In this document: one piece after another, positions 46,235-56,040 of the stretch
How the letters are laid out: each line of letters opens with the position of its first letter
How positions within the stretch are numbered: the stretch's first letter is position 1
Source of the DNA: a virus
Length of the DNA: 64,000 bases
Strand: one strand, 5' to 3'
IMG/VR virus record: IMGVR_UViG_3300031772_000013
Location: 11,452-75,451 of that record
The notes under the pieces: generated by a model
What the model saw: the letters and a program-made list of their open reading frames with translations, nothing else
Told to the model about the DNA's origin: nothing
Databases searched by the model: none
Program-made: the position numbers and the translations under genes

Positions 46235-47044
46235 TCACACGAACGTGAAGACGACCTCTACCGAGTCGTCTTTGGCGCGACGAGCGGCGACGAGACGGTG
46301 GTTGCCGTCCACGATCCACCCGGACCCGTTCTGAAAGACGCCGATCTCGATGGGCGGGAGCCAGACGCCCTCGCCGCGCGCCTGTTGCACCGATCGCAGT
46401 CGCGCCTTGTCGATGGCGGTCGCGCGCAAGCTGTTCAATTCCTCCAGAGGGACGATAGCAGACACGGTCCAGTAGTCGCCGACCAAGTGGTACGACGGCG
46501 GCCCGTACGCCGAACGAGGGGAACCTCGATCTGGATCTGCCGGCAAGGACCGGTACTTGTCGAAGGGGCCTTGTTTACGAGCGGTCGTCTCGCGCATCTC
46601 ACCTGCACCACCTTCGTCACGCCAGCGCGCGTCCTCGACGACCGCGACAAACTCGCTCTCCGGCATGAACATCTCGATCGCGCAGTCGCCACGGAAGTGC
46701 GCGGCGAGAACGCGATGGTTTCCGTCCTGCACGTACGCTTTGCCCGACCGTCGCCGTTGCGAACGCCCTCCGTAGGAGGCGGTCCCGGGCGGAAAGGGCG
46801 TGCCCCGAGCTGCGTACCGCCTCGCGCGCTCGACGCGCTCCTGACTCGATTCTTCTTCGGTCTGGAAGTCCAGGTAGTCGAGCGGCACGGTAGCGCGCAC
46901 CCAGATCGGGCCGCGATCAAACATCCACTCATACATGGCGGGATCGGGGGGCGCCCCGTGACGTCCGCGCGCGTAGAGGCGCTGGTAACTGTCGACGACG
47001 TCGTGGACGTCGAGCCGCTCGATGATGGCGAAGTCGCACGTCAT
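46235..47044 (-). CDS. Tandem ParB/Srx domains joined by GAGEMRET
   Basis: VQDGNHRVLAA and IVDGNHRLVAA. Confidence 0.75.
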   Translation of the reverse strand: MTCDFAIIERLDVHDVVDSYQRLYARGRHGAPPDPAMYEWMFDRGPIWVRATVPLDYLDFQTEEESSQERVERARRYAARGTPFPPGTASYGGRSQRRRSGKAYVQDGNHRVLAAHFRGDCAIEMFMPESEFVAVVEDARWRDEGGAGEMRETTARKQGPFDKYRSLPADPDRGSPRSAYGPPSYHLVGDYWTVSAIVPLEELNSLRATAIDKARLRSVQQARGEGVWLPPIEIGVFQNGSGWIVDGNHRLVAARRAKDDSVEVVFTFV

Positions 47045-48171
47045 TCTCGTGCTCCGAGCGCGTAGAGCCTAGCGAGGAGGCGGTGCGCACGCTCCTCGTC
47101 GAGCGGTTCCTTCTGCCCGAACTCCCGACGGACGTAGAACGCGAGTGTCGAGTCGTCGTCAACCTCGTCTCGCGTGACCTTCCCGTCGAGGATGTCTTCC
47201 ACGTAGGCGAGTAGTCGGTTTGAAACACGCGAAGCGAATCCGGCATCCACGAGCTTCGGCCGACCGTCTTCGTCGAACGCTACCGAGTCTTCCTTGAACT
47301 CTGGCATCGCCCAGCCCTCGGCGAGCATGTACGGCGCGACGTGGTCCCAGAGTTCGCGTATCTTCACGCCCGCGTTCCAGGCTCGGGATCTCCCTCGGAT
47401 ACACTCGCGCACGATGACTCCGTGCTCAGGATCCCATCGCTCGAACGCCGCCACGTACGGGCGCACTTCCGGGATCTGGCTCGCAACGGAGAGCCATTCG
47501 GCCTCGTCGTAAAGCCTCTCTCTCTTTCTTCCTCTGGCGACCTTGTACGCGAAGTGGGCATCGCAGAACACGACACCCTCTCCACCGGCACCGATGTACT
47601 CAAGCGGTGGAGTCGCTCCGGCTTCGATCGCGTACGTGAGAGCTATCTCGATCCATGTGGTCTCTCCGCCGGGTAGATCCCTTGGGTTCGAGAGCGCTTC
47701 GATGGCGCGGTGGCCGCCTCGAAAGTAGCTCGACTGCGGGACGCTCTCCGCCACACGCCCCCCGCTGAGTCGCCTTGGGCGAGCACCAGGCCGAAGGATG
47801 ACCTCGTGCTCGTGCCCGAACGCCCGGCTACCGAGCGCCGTCGCGTCGCCGTTCGGGTACGTTACGGCCCAGTGGAGCAGCACGTCCTCCGGGCGCAGCT
47901 CGAACGTCTCGAAGGCCGTCATGTACGTCGGACGGTCGGTGGATAGGCTCATCCCGCCCACTCCCTGGTCACCAGGCTTCGTGCGGCGGTACGCGGTGAG
48001 CGTCGGCCCAGGGAAGACCTGCTCGACGGCCTGCTCGAGGGCGGCTCGCTGCCGGGTCGGGAGCGCCTCGTAGCGTTCGAGAAGCTCGCGCTTCGCTGCG
48101 GGATCGTTGTAATGGATCCAAAAAGCGAGCGGCTGGTGCAGGACGTCGAGGGCCAGGGAGAGTTGGAGCAT
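47041..48171 (-). CDS. ART-like domain + kinase-like domain joined by VAES
   Basis: AYRR...SLST...EHEVIL; YIGAGGEGVVF..AYKV...LVDAGF. Confidence 0.65.
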   Translation of the reverse strand: MLQLSLALDVLHQPLAFWIHYNDPAAKRELLERYEALPTRQRAALEQAVEQVFPGPTLTAYRRTKPGDQGVGGMSLSTDRPTYMTAFETFELRPEDVLLHWAVTYPNGDATALGSRAFGHEHEVILRPGARPRRLSGGRVAESVPQSSYFRGGHRAIEALSNPRDLPGGETTWIEIALTYAIEAGATPPLEYIGAGGEGVVFCDAHFAYKVARGRKRERLYDEAEWLSVASQIPEVRPYVAAFERWDPEHGVIVRECIRGRSRAWNAGVKIRELWDHVAPYMLAEGWAMPEFKEDSVAFDEDGRPKLVDAGFASRVSNRLLAYVEDILDGKVTRDEVDDDSTLAFYVRREFGQKEPLDEERAHRLLARLYALGARE

Positions 48172-48175
48172 CGCG

Positions 48176-49063
48176 CTACAGTGCCTCGCGCCCCTCTTCG
48201 ACCAGCACCGTTTCGATGTCGCCGCCTCCCGCCGTCGGCGTGTGCCCCGGGTCGAAGATCACGACGCGGTCCCAGTCGTCGTCGTCGCGCGCGATGTGCC
48301 AGCCGATGTTCAGGAAGTGTACGTCGCGTAGGTAGACGCCGTTCGATGCGAGCATCGCGAGCGACTCGCCGAGAGGTGCCCATGCGGGGCCGTCGAACTT
48401 TGTCTCGGTGATGCGAAGCGCCTTGTGCCCCGCGTCTTCGGGTGAGCTGAAGCCCAGCTCGTGCTTGTAGTAGTCTCTGATCTCATGTTGTCGGTGGCTG
48501 CGCGGGTGGCTGCCGAGAACGTGCCATGCGGTTGCTGCTTCCCGGTACGTCATCAAACCACTGATCGCTGTGTCGAAGCTCGACCGCTCCCACGGTTTCT
48601 GGCCGGGTGCGACCCTCACGCTGGTTGGCCGTGTTGGCGTGTGGAGCCCGAGCTTCGCGTTCGTGTACTCCGACGTGGCGATCATCGTCCCGCCACCGTG
48701 GTGTCCGAGTTCCTTCGCGCGGTACTCCTTGAACACCGGCTCGATGCCTTCCCTCACGATCGCCCAGACTTTGCGATTTCGTCCACCCGTCACGAGGTCC
48801 GGCATGATCCGGCGGATGATCCTGATCTCGGGGAAGCCGCCGTCGCCGTACTGCTCCTCGCCTATGAGACCCATGATCTTCGACCAGATAGGCCCCTCGG
48901 TCGGATCGATGCTGAGCTTCACAACCCATGGCGGTTCGCTCTCGAAGACGCAGCCCCAGTGACCGCACCCGAGCATGCGTCCTAGGGACATACCGACGGC
49001 GTGCTCGATAGCGGCGCGCTTCGTGAGAAGCTGCTCGACCCACGCTTTCTTGCGAATAGGCAT
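48176..49063 (-). CDS. Protein-kinase-like fold protein
   Basis: LGCGHWGCVF, WVVKL, RDVH..NI, IFDPG. Confidence 0.75.
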   Translation of the reverse strand: MPIRKKAWVEQLLTKRAAIEHAVGMSLGRMLGCGHWGCVFESEPPWVVKLSIDPTEGPIWSKIMGLIGEEQYGDGGFPEIRIIRRIMPDLVTGGRNRKVWAIVREGIEPVFKEYRAKELGHHGGGTMIATSEYTNAKLGLHTPTRPTSVRVAPGQKPWERSSFDTAISGLMTYREAATAWHVLGSHPRSHRQHEIRDYYKHELGFSSPEDAGHKALRITETKFDGPAWAPLGESLAMLASNGVYLRDVHFLNIGWHIARDDDDWDRVVIFDPGHTPTAGGGDIETVLVEEGREAL

Positions 49064-49106
49064 GCTTCGTCTCAGATGAACGTGATCGGCTCCGCCACGA
49101 CCAGTG

Positions 49107-49325
49107 TCACAGGACAACCTCCACAGGAATCCACGACGAGGTGTCTCGCATCCACTGGAAAAGCTGCACCTTCTGCTCCGTCATGATCCTGGCGTTCTTG
49201 ACGAGCAGAAGCATGGTGCCGAAGTCCGCGAAGGTCGGCCCGATCATGTTCCCGGTACCGGTGACCACTGGGCCAATCGCGCTTCGCACCGAGAACGGTG
49301 GAACAAAAATGTAGTACCAGTTCAT
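49107..49325 (-). CDS. Small hypothetical protein
   Basis: ATG ORF following 49339-50847. Confidence 0.45.
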   Translation of the reverse strand: MNWYYIFVPPFSVRSAIGPVVTGTGNMIGPTFADFGTMLLLVKNARIMTEQKVQLFQWMRDTSSWIPVEVVL

Positions 49326-49338
49326 CGGCTACGTCTTT

Positions 49339-50847
49339 TTAGATGAACGTGATCGGTTGCGCCACGACCGGCACACCCGCCAGCGCGAGCTGCAAGGTCC
49401 GCGTGAAGAGCCCGCTCAGGAAAGGCACCGCTCCCCCGACGGTCACCGGGGGCTGCATCGTCGCTGGCACAAGCGGTGGGCTCGGCGGTGGGGCGGCGTT
49501 GCCGGGATCGACGAACTGCCCGAGCAGCCCAGCGAGCTGAACGTTCGAGGGCGGCACGGCCGGCGACGGGCTCACCCGCACCGCGCCCGTCGGCTTCTTG
49601 ATGACCGTAGTGCCGATGTTGCCCTTGGTTCCGACGTTGTTGTTCGTGCCGGTGTTGACGAGCCCGGTGTTGTTGGTGTCGATCCCCGTGTACTCCGTCG
49701 TGAGCGTCACGATTTTCGGTCCCAGCGCCGCGACGGTGTAGAGCGTGCCCATCTGCTCGGCGAACTCGATGACGTTGCCTGGCGCGAGCGCGGCCGTTTG
49801 ATCGGCCGTCGTAGGCACGTCCTTCGATCCGGTCGTGACGATGAAGTCGCCAGCCAGATGCGGGGTACTGGTCCCTTGCGCGGCGAGCGCGAAGTACGAG
49901 GGAGGCAAGTACGCGAGCGCCTTCGAGATGAGGAGCTGAGCCTCGTCAGTGAGCGCGAAGAACGTGTTGTCACCTTGGCCTGCGCCGACGCCGGTACCCG
50001 GGGTCGCATTTGGTCGGATCGATGGGAGTGGGCCTGAAAGTTCGACGAGTGTGATCTCTCCGATGCTGTTGCCGAACCCGCCAACGCTCGCGATGACGAT
50101 GTTCGTGATCTCGGCGATATTTATCGTGCCTCCCGCGAGAGCGACAGCGGCCGGCCGCCTGCCAGTAAGCGAAACCGTCGTAGATCCCGCAGCACCGAGC
50201 GTGTCCTTGTACGTCACGGTCACGGTCCTCGCGCCCGATCCCGCCGGGATCGGTGGCACGGTCGCGACGCCAGCGGTGTCGAGATCCGAGCTGGAGTAGA
50301 TGGCAGCGATCGTGACCGGTGCTGCGATCTCATGGAACGCGCCCGTGTTCTGCGTCACACCTGTGTACGGCGTCGTGAGGTTGATCGATGTGGGTGTCGT
50401 CCCTGCTGCGATCGTGTAGAAGACGCCCTGTTGCGAGAGAAACTGGATGATGCTCCCGGTGACGAGCGACGGGAGTTGTGTCATCGACGTCAGGACGCCG
50501 GTTGAACCGTTCGTGGGGAAGAACGATCCCGGAAGCGTCACCGCCTCTCGTAACGGGTACGGGAGCACGGGGGGCGTCGCGGTGCGAGGGTGACAGGGAA
50601 AGGGAGGCGGCGCCTTGCGCGCGTTCGCGGCGTCCATGTTGAGCGTCAGGGTGCGCGTCGCGGTGGTCGGCCCGGACACGGCGGAAGCGTCACTCGCGAC
50701 GGTGAGGCCGTAGTTCTGCCCGAGCACGGGGTCGGTGGTCGGATCTCCAAAGAGTGGAACCGCAGCGAGCGCAGCAGCCGCCGCCACAGGCCCGAGAATG
50801 GTGTTCGTGACGTCGACGGTCCACTTGAGCACGATTTGAGTCGCCAT
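49339..50847 (-). CDS. Thr/Gly/Pro/Ala-rich beta protein, putative virion structural protein
   Basis: Composition, plus an internally duplicated unit (G..I.F..Q.G..YT.A....I.LTT.YTG). Confidence 0.55.
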   Translation of the reverse strand: MATQIVLKWTVDVTNTILGPVAAAAALAAVPLFGDPTTDPVLGQNYGLTVASDASAVSGPTTATRTLTLNMDAANARKAPPPFPCHPRTATPPVLPYPLREAVTLPGSFFPTNGSTGVLTSMTQLPSLVTGSIIQFLSQQGVFYTIAAGTTPTSINLTTPYTGVTQNTGAFHEIAAPVTIAAIYSSSDLDTAGVATVPPIPAGSGARTVTVTYKDTLGAAGSTTVSLTGRRPAAVALAGGTINIAEITNIVIASVGGFGNSIGEITLVELSGPLPSIRPNATPGTGVGAGQGDNTFFALTDEAQLLISKALAYLPPSYFALAAQGTSTPHLAGDFIVTTGSKDVPTTADQTAALAPGNVIEFAEQMGTLYTVAALGPKIVTLTTEYTGIDTNNTGLVNTGTNNNVGTKGNIGTTVIKKPTGAVRVSPSPAVPPSNVQLAGLLGQFVDPGNAAPPPSPPLVPATMQPPVTVGGAVPFLSGLFTRTLQLALAGVPVVAQPITFI

Positions 50848-51113
50848 GGGGGTGAGGATACCTTGTCGAGAGGCCCGTGAGAGAGCCATGATCGCTCAGG
50901 GCGGACTTCGGGCCACGTTCGAGGGTAAACGGCCGCTTTGGGGCTCTGTGAGCGTTTCTCGGGCGACAGCCGCAAATAGCCAGGTCAAATACCGCGCTGG
51001 AGCCGCGTTGGAGCCACGCGAAAGCCAGTCGGGGAACCCGGGGGGTCACACATGCACCGATCGTGGGCGCAGAGGCGCGGAAGGGCAATCGCACCCCCTG
51101 GACACCCTGGGAC

Positions 51114-51143
51114 CATGCGTGATAAGCCTGGTTCTCACGCATG
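51114..51143. promoter_or_regulatory. lox/dif-like tyrosine recombinase core site
   Basis: CATGCGTGATAA-GCCTGG-TTCTCACGCATG: 12-bp inverted arms (11/12 match) with a 6-bp spacer. Confidence 0.65.
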
Positions 51144-52295
51144 CCCCCCTCGACGCCTGATAACCAGATAACCAAAGCCGACGGCTCCGGTGCAATCACC
51201 GAAGCGCAAAGCGAGCTGGTAGCGCTCGACGCACGGGCGGAAGAGGAAGTCGACAAGGCAGTCCCGGCCAACACCAGGCGGGCCTACGAGTTCGAATTGG
51301 CCTGTTTCGTCTCCTGGTGCGCCCGCCACGGCGTTCGTGCGGTGCCGGCCGAGCCGCGGGTCCTTCGTGCCTACCTGCAAGAACTAGCCGAGCGTGGACG
51401 AAGCAAAACAGATGTCCCGAAGGGCAGACCGAAGGGGCCGCTCGGGTACAGCGCTCTGATGCGAGCCCTCGCGGCCATCTGTCGCAGTCATCAGCAGGCC
51501 GGCCATCTAAGCCCGTGGAAAGACCCTGTTATCGAAGGCGTGCGCGACAAGTTCGCCAGAGCCCTCGGGAAGGCACCGAAGAAGCAGAAGCATGCGATCG
51601 AAGCTGTCGGGGAGGGTCTGCTGTTCCGTGTTTGCGACTTGATAAGCGACGATGTTCGAGGGGTTAGGGATCGTGCGATGCTTCTCGTCGGCTGGTCCGG
51701 AGGCGGTCGCCGTCGCAGCGAGATCACCGCCGCACGCGCCGAGGACTTCACCGAGATCGCGGAAGGGATCCGGTGGTCGATTCCGCGCAGCAAAGCGGAC
51801 CAGATCGGCAAGGGTCTCGTGGTGTTGATGAAGCCGTCGGACGACGAGCGGTACTGCCCTGTTCAAGCGTTGCGGCGCTGGCTCGAAGTCTCGAAGATCG
51901 AAAGCGGTCCAGTGTTCCGGGGGGTCGAGGTAGGTACCAACAAGATCATGGACGTCGGGCTCGCGCCTGAAGGAGTGTCGCGTCGCGTGCAGTGCTACGT
52001 GAAGCTGCTCGGCCTGGACCCGGCGGATTTTGGGGGCCACTCGCTACGCAGCGGGTTCGTCACGACCGCGCACAGGTTGGGGGAGAACGCGGCGGACATC
52101 GCGGCGTCCACCGGGCATCACGGGGTGAATCAGGTCAACGAGTACATCCGGCGCGCGGGACTCGAAGACGCAGCCGGGCCAGGGCTGCTCAACCGAGCGA
52201 TTGCTCAGCGTGGCTCACAAACCGAACCGTCGAAACCGAAAGAGGTTGACGAGAAAGGAGCCAATGAAGCGATGAGAAAGGAAAAGGAACGGTGA
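51141..52295 (+). CDS. Cre-like tyrosine recombinase
   Basis: NTRRAY, RDRAMLL...RRSE, RSKADQ, HSLRSG, TGH, EY. Confidence 0.92.
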   Translation: MPPSTPDNQITKADGSGAITEAQSELVALDARAEEEVDKAVPANTRRAYEFELACFVSWCARHGVRAVPAEPRVLRAYLQELAERGRSKTDVPKGRPKGPLGYSALMRALAAICRSHQQAGHLSPWKDPVIEGVRDKFARALGKAPKKQKHAIEAVGEGLLFRVCDLISDDVRGVRDRAMLLVGWSGGGRRRSEITAARAEDFTEIAEGIRWSIPRSKADQIGKGLVVLMKPSDDERYCPVQALRRWLEVSKIESGPVFRGVEVGTNKIMDVGLAPEGVSRRVQCYVKLLGLDPADFGGHSLRSGFVTTAHRLGENAADIAASTGHHGVNQVNEYIRRAGLEDAAGPGLLNRAIAQRGSQTEPSKPKEVDEKGANEAMRKEKER

Positions 52296-52355
52296 GAACG
52301 ACGGAATGGAACATGATGCAAAGCAGGCAAGCTCTGCGGAAAGGCGAATGATCAC

Positions 52356-52574
52356 ATGAAGAAGAAGTTGTTCAAGTTGCTTCGGGACGTCCCCGGCGGG
52401 CACGATGACGTGTTGGGGGGCAAGGTCTCACTCGACAACGTCTACGTCCGCACGTACGGGCGTACGGTTCGCGGGCGCGCGCCTGACGAGCTGGATGTGG
52501 ACGAATCCTGCGTACGCGAGTACGCCCTGAGCGGTCAGAAGCGAACGCAGTACGTTCTGCTTCGAGTGCAGTAA
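52356..52574 (+). CDS. Small hypothetical protein
   Basis: ATG ORF followed by a hairpin. Confidence 0.5.
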   Translation: MKKKLFKLLRDVPGGHDDVLGGKVSLDNVYVRTYGRTVRGRAPDELDVDESCVREYALSGQKRTQYVLLRVQ

Positions 52575-52581
52575 AGTGGAG

Positions 52582-52616
52582 GCGAGCCCCGGGGCTTTCG
52601 CGGCACCGGGGCTCGC
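52582..52616 (+). terminator. Hairpin, possible terminator or processing site
   Basis: GCGAGCCCCGG / CCGGGGCTCGC 11-bp perfect stem, no U-tract. Confidence 0.4.
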
Positions 52617-52624
52617 TCTGACCT

Positions 52625-53347
52625 ATGATCCGACACAATCTCGCAGAGACCATTCCGACCAAACGGGGCAGACCCACAGGGGCGTTCTACGGCACGGATG
52701 AAGGCACCTGGGAATACTCGGAGGAGTACCGCCTGGGCCGACGTCATGCCTGGGAGGCCGTGACGGGGCTCGCCGCCCACAACGGCTGGAGGAACCTGAT
52801 GGTCGAAGGCGCCACAGAGCACCACGCCGGGTTTCGCGAGGCGCTGTTCGAGATGGTCGAAGTCTACCCCGAGCTTCTCGACTTCGAGATTAAGTTCGAC
52901 GGCCCCTGGATGCCGGTGCGCCTCCTTCTTGAAGACGCACCCTTCGACTGGTCGAGGACGACGTTCTTTCACGGCACGAGCGCGTGGGCGGCCGAGAAGA
53001 TTCTCAAGGATGGGCTCAAGCCCCGGTCGCAGACGAATGTCGCCCCCGCCTACGGCGCGAGCAGCACTGTCGGACCTGGTCGCGCCGAGGCCATCTATCT
53101 CACCACTCAGCTCGGCATGGCTAAGTTCGCGGCCCTGGACGCCGGAGCGCATCACAAGACGGGTGCGGTTATCCTCGTGATGCGCGGTCTCGACCCCGAC
53201 TTCGTTCAAGCTGATGAGGACAGCGGGGAGTCAGATCCGAAACGAAGTTTGGATCGAATCGGATCCGTCGCTTACGCGGCACCTATCCCGGCAGACAGAA
53301 TCGATCTGGCGTACAGCCTCGTAGACGGAGCCTGGAGGCGATCGTGA
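52625..53347 (+). CDS. Protein with C-terminal KptA/Tpt1-like ART-fold domain
   Basis: FFHGTS...ILKDGLKP...IYLTT...A. Confidence 0.65.
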   Translation: MIRHNLAETIPTKRGRPTGAFYGTDEGTWEYSEEYRLGRRHAWEAVTGLAAHNGWRNLMVEGATEHHAGFREALFEMVEVYPELLDFEIKFDGPWMPVRLLLEDAPFDWSRTTFFHGTSAWAAEKILKDGLKPRSQTNVAPAYGASSTVGPGRAEAIYLTTQLGMAKFAALDAGAHHKTGAVILVMRGLDPDFVQADEDSGESDPKRSLDRIGSVAYAAPIPADRIDLAYSLVDGAWRRS

Positions 53348-56013
53348 TCGACCGCTCCCGCTGCATGGCCCCTCGTGACGACGCTTCGTTCGGCGGCCCC
53401 AGGTGCCAGGAGCCCGCGACGCATGAAACGATCATGGGTCGGCGTTGCGCTCGCCACGCCGAAACGTTGCGCGAATCCCTGCGCAGGTCGGACACGCTTG
53501 GCAACGTCTTCGCCGGGAGACGGGCGCGCACCGAAGAGGAGATCGCTCGAATGATCGTGGAGCTGCAATGAACAACGACGCCTTCCTGGGCTACTTCGAG
53601 ATCCACTCGCGCACCGATCGGGCACTGTTCCATCGAGACCAGATTGTGCGCCTCTTCGAGCTGGCTGGCCGAGATGCGCCTGCGGATCTGATCGAGTGGA
53701 TGTCGGTGCACCACGAAGTGTCAGATCCGATCGTGAAGGAAGCACGAGCTAGAACCAAGGAACTTGCCGAATGAAGAACCGATCGATCTGTCGCCGCTGC
53801 CACCGACTCCGCGTCGTCGACAACACGCGCTGCTGCCCTGCCTGCGACGTCGAGCTGCGGGCGATGGAGCGCCGACGCCCGTCGCCGAAGCCGAACGAGA
53901 CGACCGTGCCGGATCTCGTCACCGAAGAGGAACGCGAAGAGCTGATGCGCATCGCGGCCAGTAGCTCACCGAGTGCAGGCGGAGCACATGCGCTCGACAT
54001 CCTGACCGCAGCGGATGACGGTGTCGTGCCGCCTCCGCAATCTGTCGAGTGGTTCGTGAAACGCTTTCGAACGGATCGGGGGCCGTCTTGAGCGACAAGC
54101 AACCCTGCGACACCGTCCTAGAACTGCGCAAGGACAAGGCCGCGCTGAAGCAACTCGCGGATCTCGAAGAGCTCGTCGATGTGCCCCCTGAGCGTGGCGG
54201 CGTTCACTTCTCAGACTGGGAGCGCGACTTCATCAAGAGCGTGCGGCACGACGCAGCGCTCGGCTTCTCATCGAAGCAGCGCGAGAAGATCGCCGAGGTC
54301 TGGCACGCGGTCGATCTCCGAAAGCACGAGAAGACCGAGAACCTGTTCTCGAAGCTGTCGCCTGAACGCCAGGCGGAGCAGCGGGCGCGAGCAGCGTCCG
54401 TCAAACTACCTTGGGAGAAGTGAGCGTGCCCTATCCGATGATCACGTTGCTCGTCGCGTTGTACGTGGTCGGCGCGACGCGCATAGCGCGCCTGTGTTTC
54501 GACGAGGAGAACTCGTACCCGAACTGGGAGATGCCGTTTGCGTTGAGCATCGGCTGGCCGATTCTGCTGATCGTCGCGTGGGTTCGCGCGACGTGGGCTT
54601 TTTTCGCAAAAGGGCGTCTCTGATGAAGAACGAGGACATCTTCTCACAGAAGAGCTATCCGGTGCTCCATGCGCTTGTGCATCGCTACGGCATCCCGAGC
54701 GGGGCGACGTTGGAACAGCAGGCGGCGGCACGCGAGGAAATTCAGAGCTTACTGATAGCGGCGCAAGAGGTTGGCTACGCTCAAGGGCGAGGCCACCCCA
54801 GCGCCGTAGAGAAGGAACCAGCGGCGCGCGATCAAGAGATCGCTCGGTTGCGCAAAGCTCTGGAGACCGTGCGGGACATCGCGGCCGACCGCGAACGGTT
54901 CGTGGCGCGAGGGCCAGCGGGCTTCATGGCCGCCGTTCGGATCGTTGATGCGGCCCTCGGCGAGTAGGGCGAAAAACTATGAGCCAGGCCAAGAAGAAAA
55001 CCCCGCTCCGCGCCACCCCCGAGCGCTGGACGTTCCACGTTATGACGAACGACAGCAAGACCCGCATCGAGTCGAAAGGGTCGATCGATCCGAGCCTCGG
55101 AGAGGCCCTGCGCGTGCTCCAGATCCATATCGCGCACCTCTCATGGAGCGAGCAAGACATGTTGCGCGTACTCACGTCTCATGTGCGCGACCGGATGAAA
55201 GGAAAAGCGACAAGGTGAAGCGACCCCCGCCTGAACCACCACGCGAGATGAGCCGCGCCGCTGTGCTGCGCGCTCTGGCGGCGCTCAGAGAGCAGATGGA
55301 TGCGAACCCGGCGGTGCCGGCACCCAAGCTCTACACTAGGGGCGCACGATGAACAACGACACACCCTGGCCGTTCTGGAACGTGCGCAACGACCCTTGGC
55401 TCCCGCGGGTGAGCTCGAACATCACCCGTATCGAACCCCCTCGGAGCTGGAGTCGCCGCCTTGCCAGTCTGGACGAGAGGATCGCGGAGTTCGGAAGGAA
55501 GCTCGCCGTGGCCCGACACGAGAGCGTCCTCGCCGCACGGGAGATCGTTCTTGAGCGGCTCCGGGAGATGCGACGCTTCGGTCTGCCGCTCCTCACTGGA
55601 CGTACTCTCGTCCGGCGCCAGGGGCGAGTTGCCGGGGAGTCGAACTACTACCGCGTGATACTCTGTTAGCCGCCTAGCGCGAGCTGAGAAGCGGATATGG
55701 ACACTCGGCGGGGAAGAGGCGATGATGTTCAGCACCCTCACGAGGTTCAACCATGCTCTGGTATTTCATCACCGCGTCATATTCGCCACTTCCGGACAAT
55801 CGTGCTCAACCAAAATTCAATTTCGGTCCGTTCTACGCCGATGACGCGACCGCCAGGGACGCTGCCAGAGGGTTCCTGCTGGCATCGCAGGAAAAAGACC
55901 GTCAGATAGCAAGCACCGTCACCTACCTCTTCTCGCAAGGTGACTTGATCAACACGAAGGGTTGGATCACCAGAGAGTTATACGAGGCCGAACTCGTGCG
56001 GTTGCACACCTGA
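53344..56013 (+). other. Run of about 10 small co-oriented hypothetical CDSs
   Basis: Overlapping junctions (e.g. 53344-53571, 53771-54091, 54979-55218, 55349-55669, 55753-56013). No motifs recognised. Confidence 0.45.
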
Positions 56014-56040
56014 GAACGAACAGGGAACGGGGCTTCGTGG

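Noticed and set aside
39532-49063. Diversity-generating retroelement or retron behind the repeats
   Set aside because: No reverse transcriptase motif was found, and the repeats are short and lack adenine-specific mismatch patterns.
49339-50847. Major capsid or tail sheath protein
   Set aside because: Composition suggests a structural role, but no diagnostic motif supports a specific assignment.
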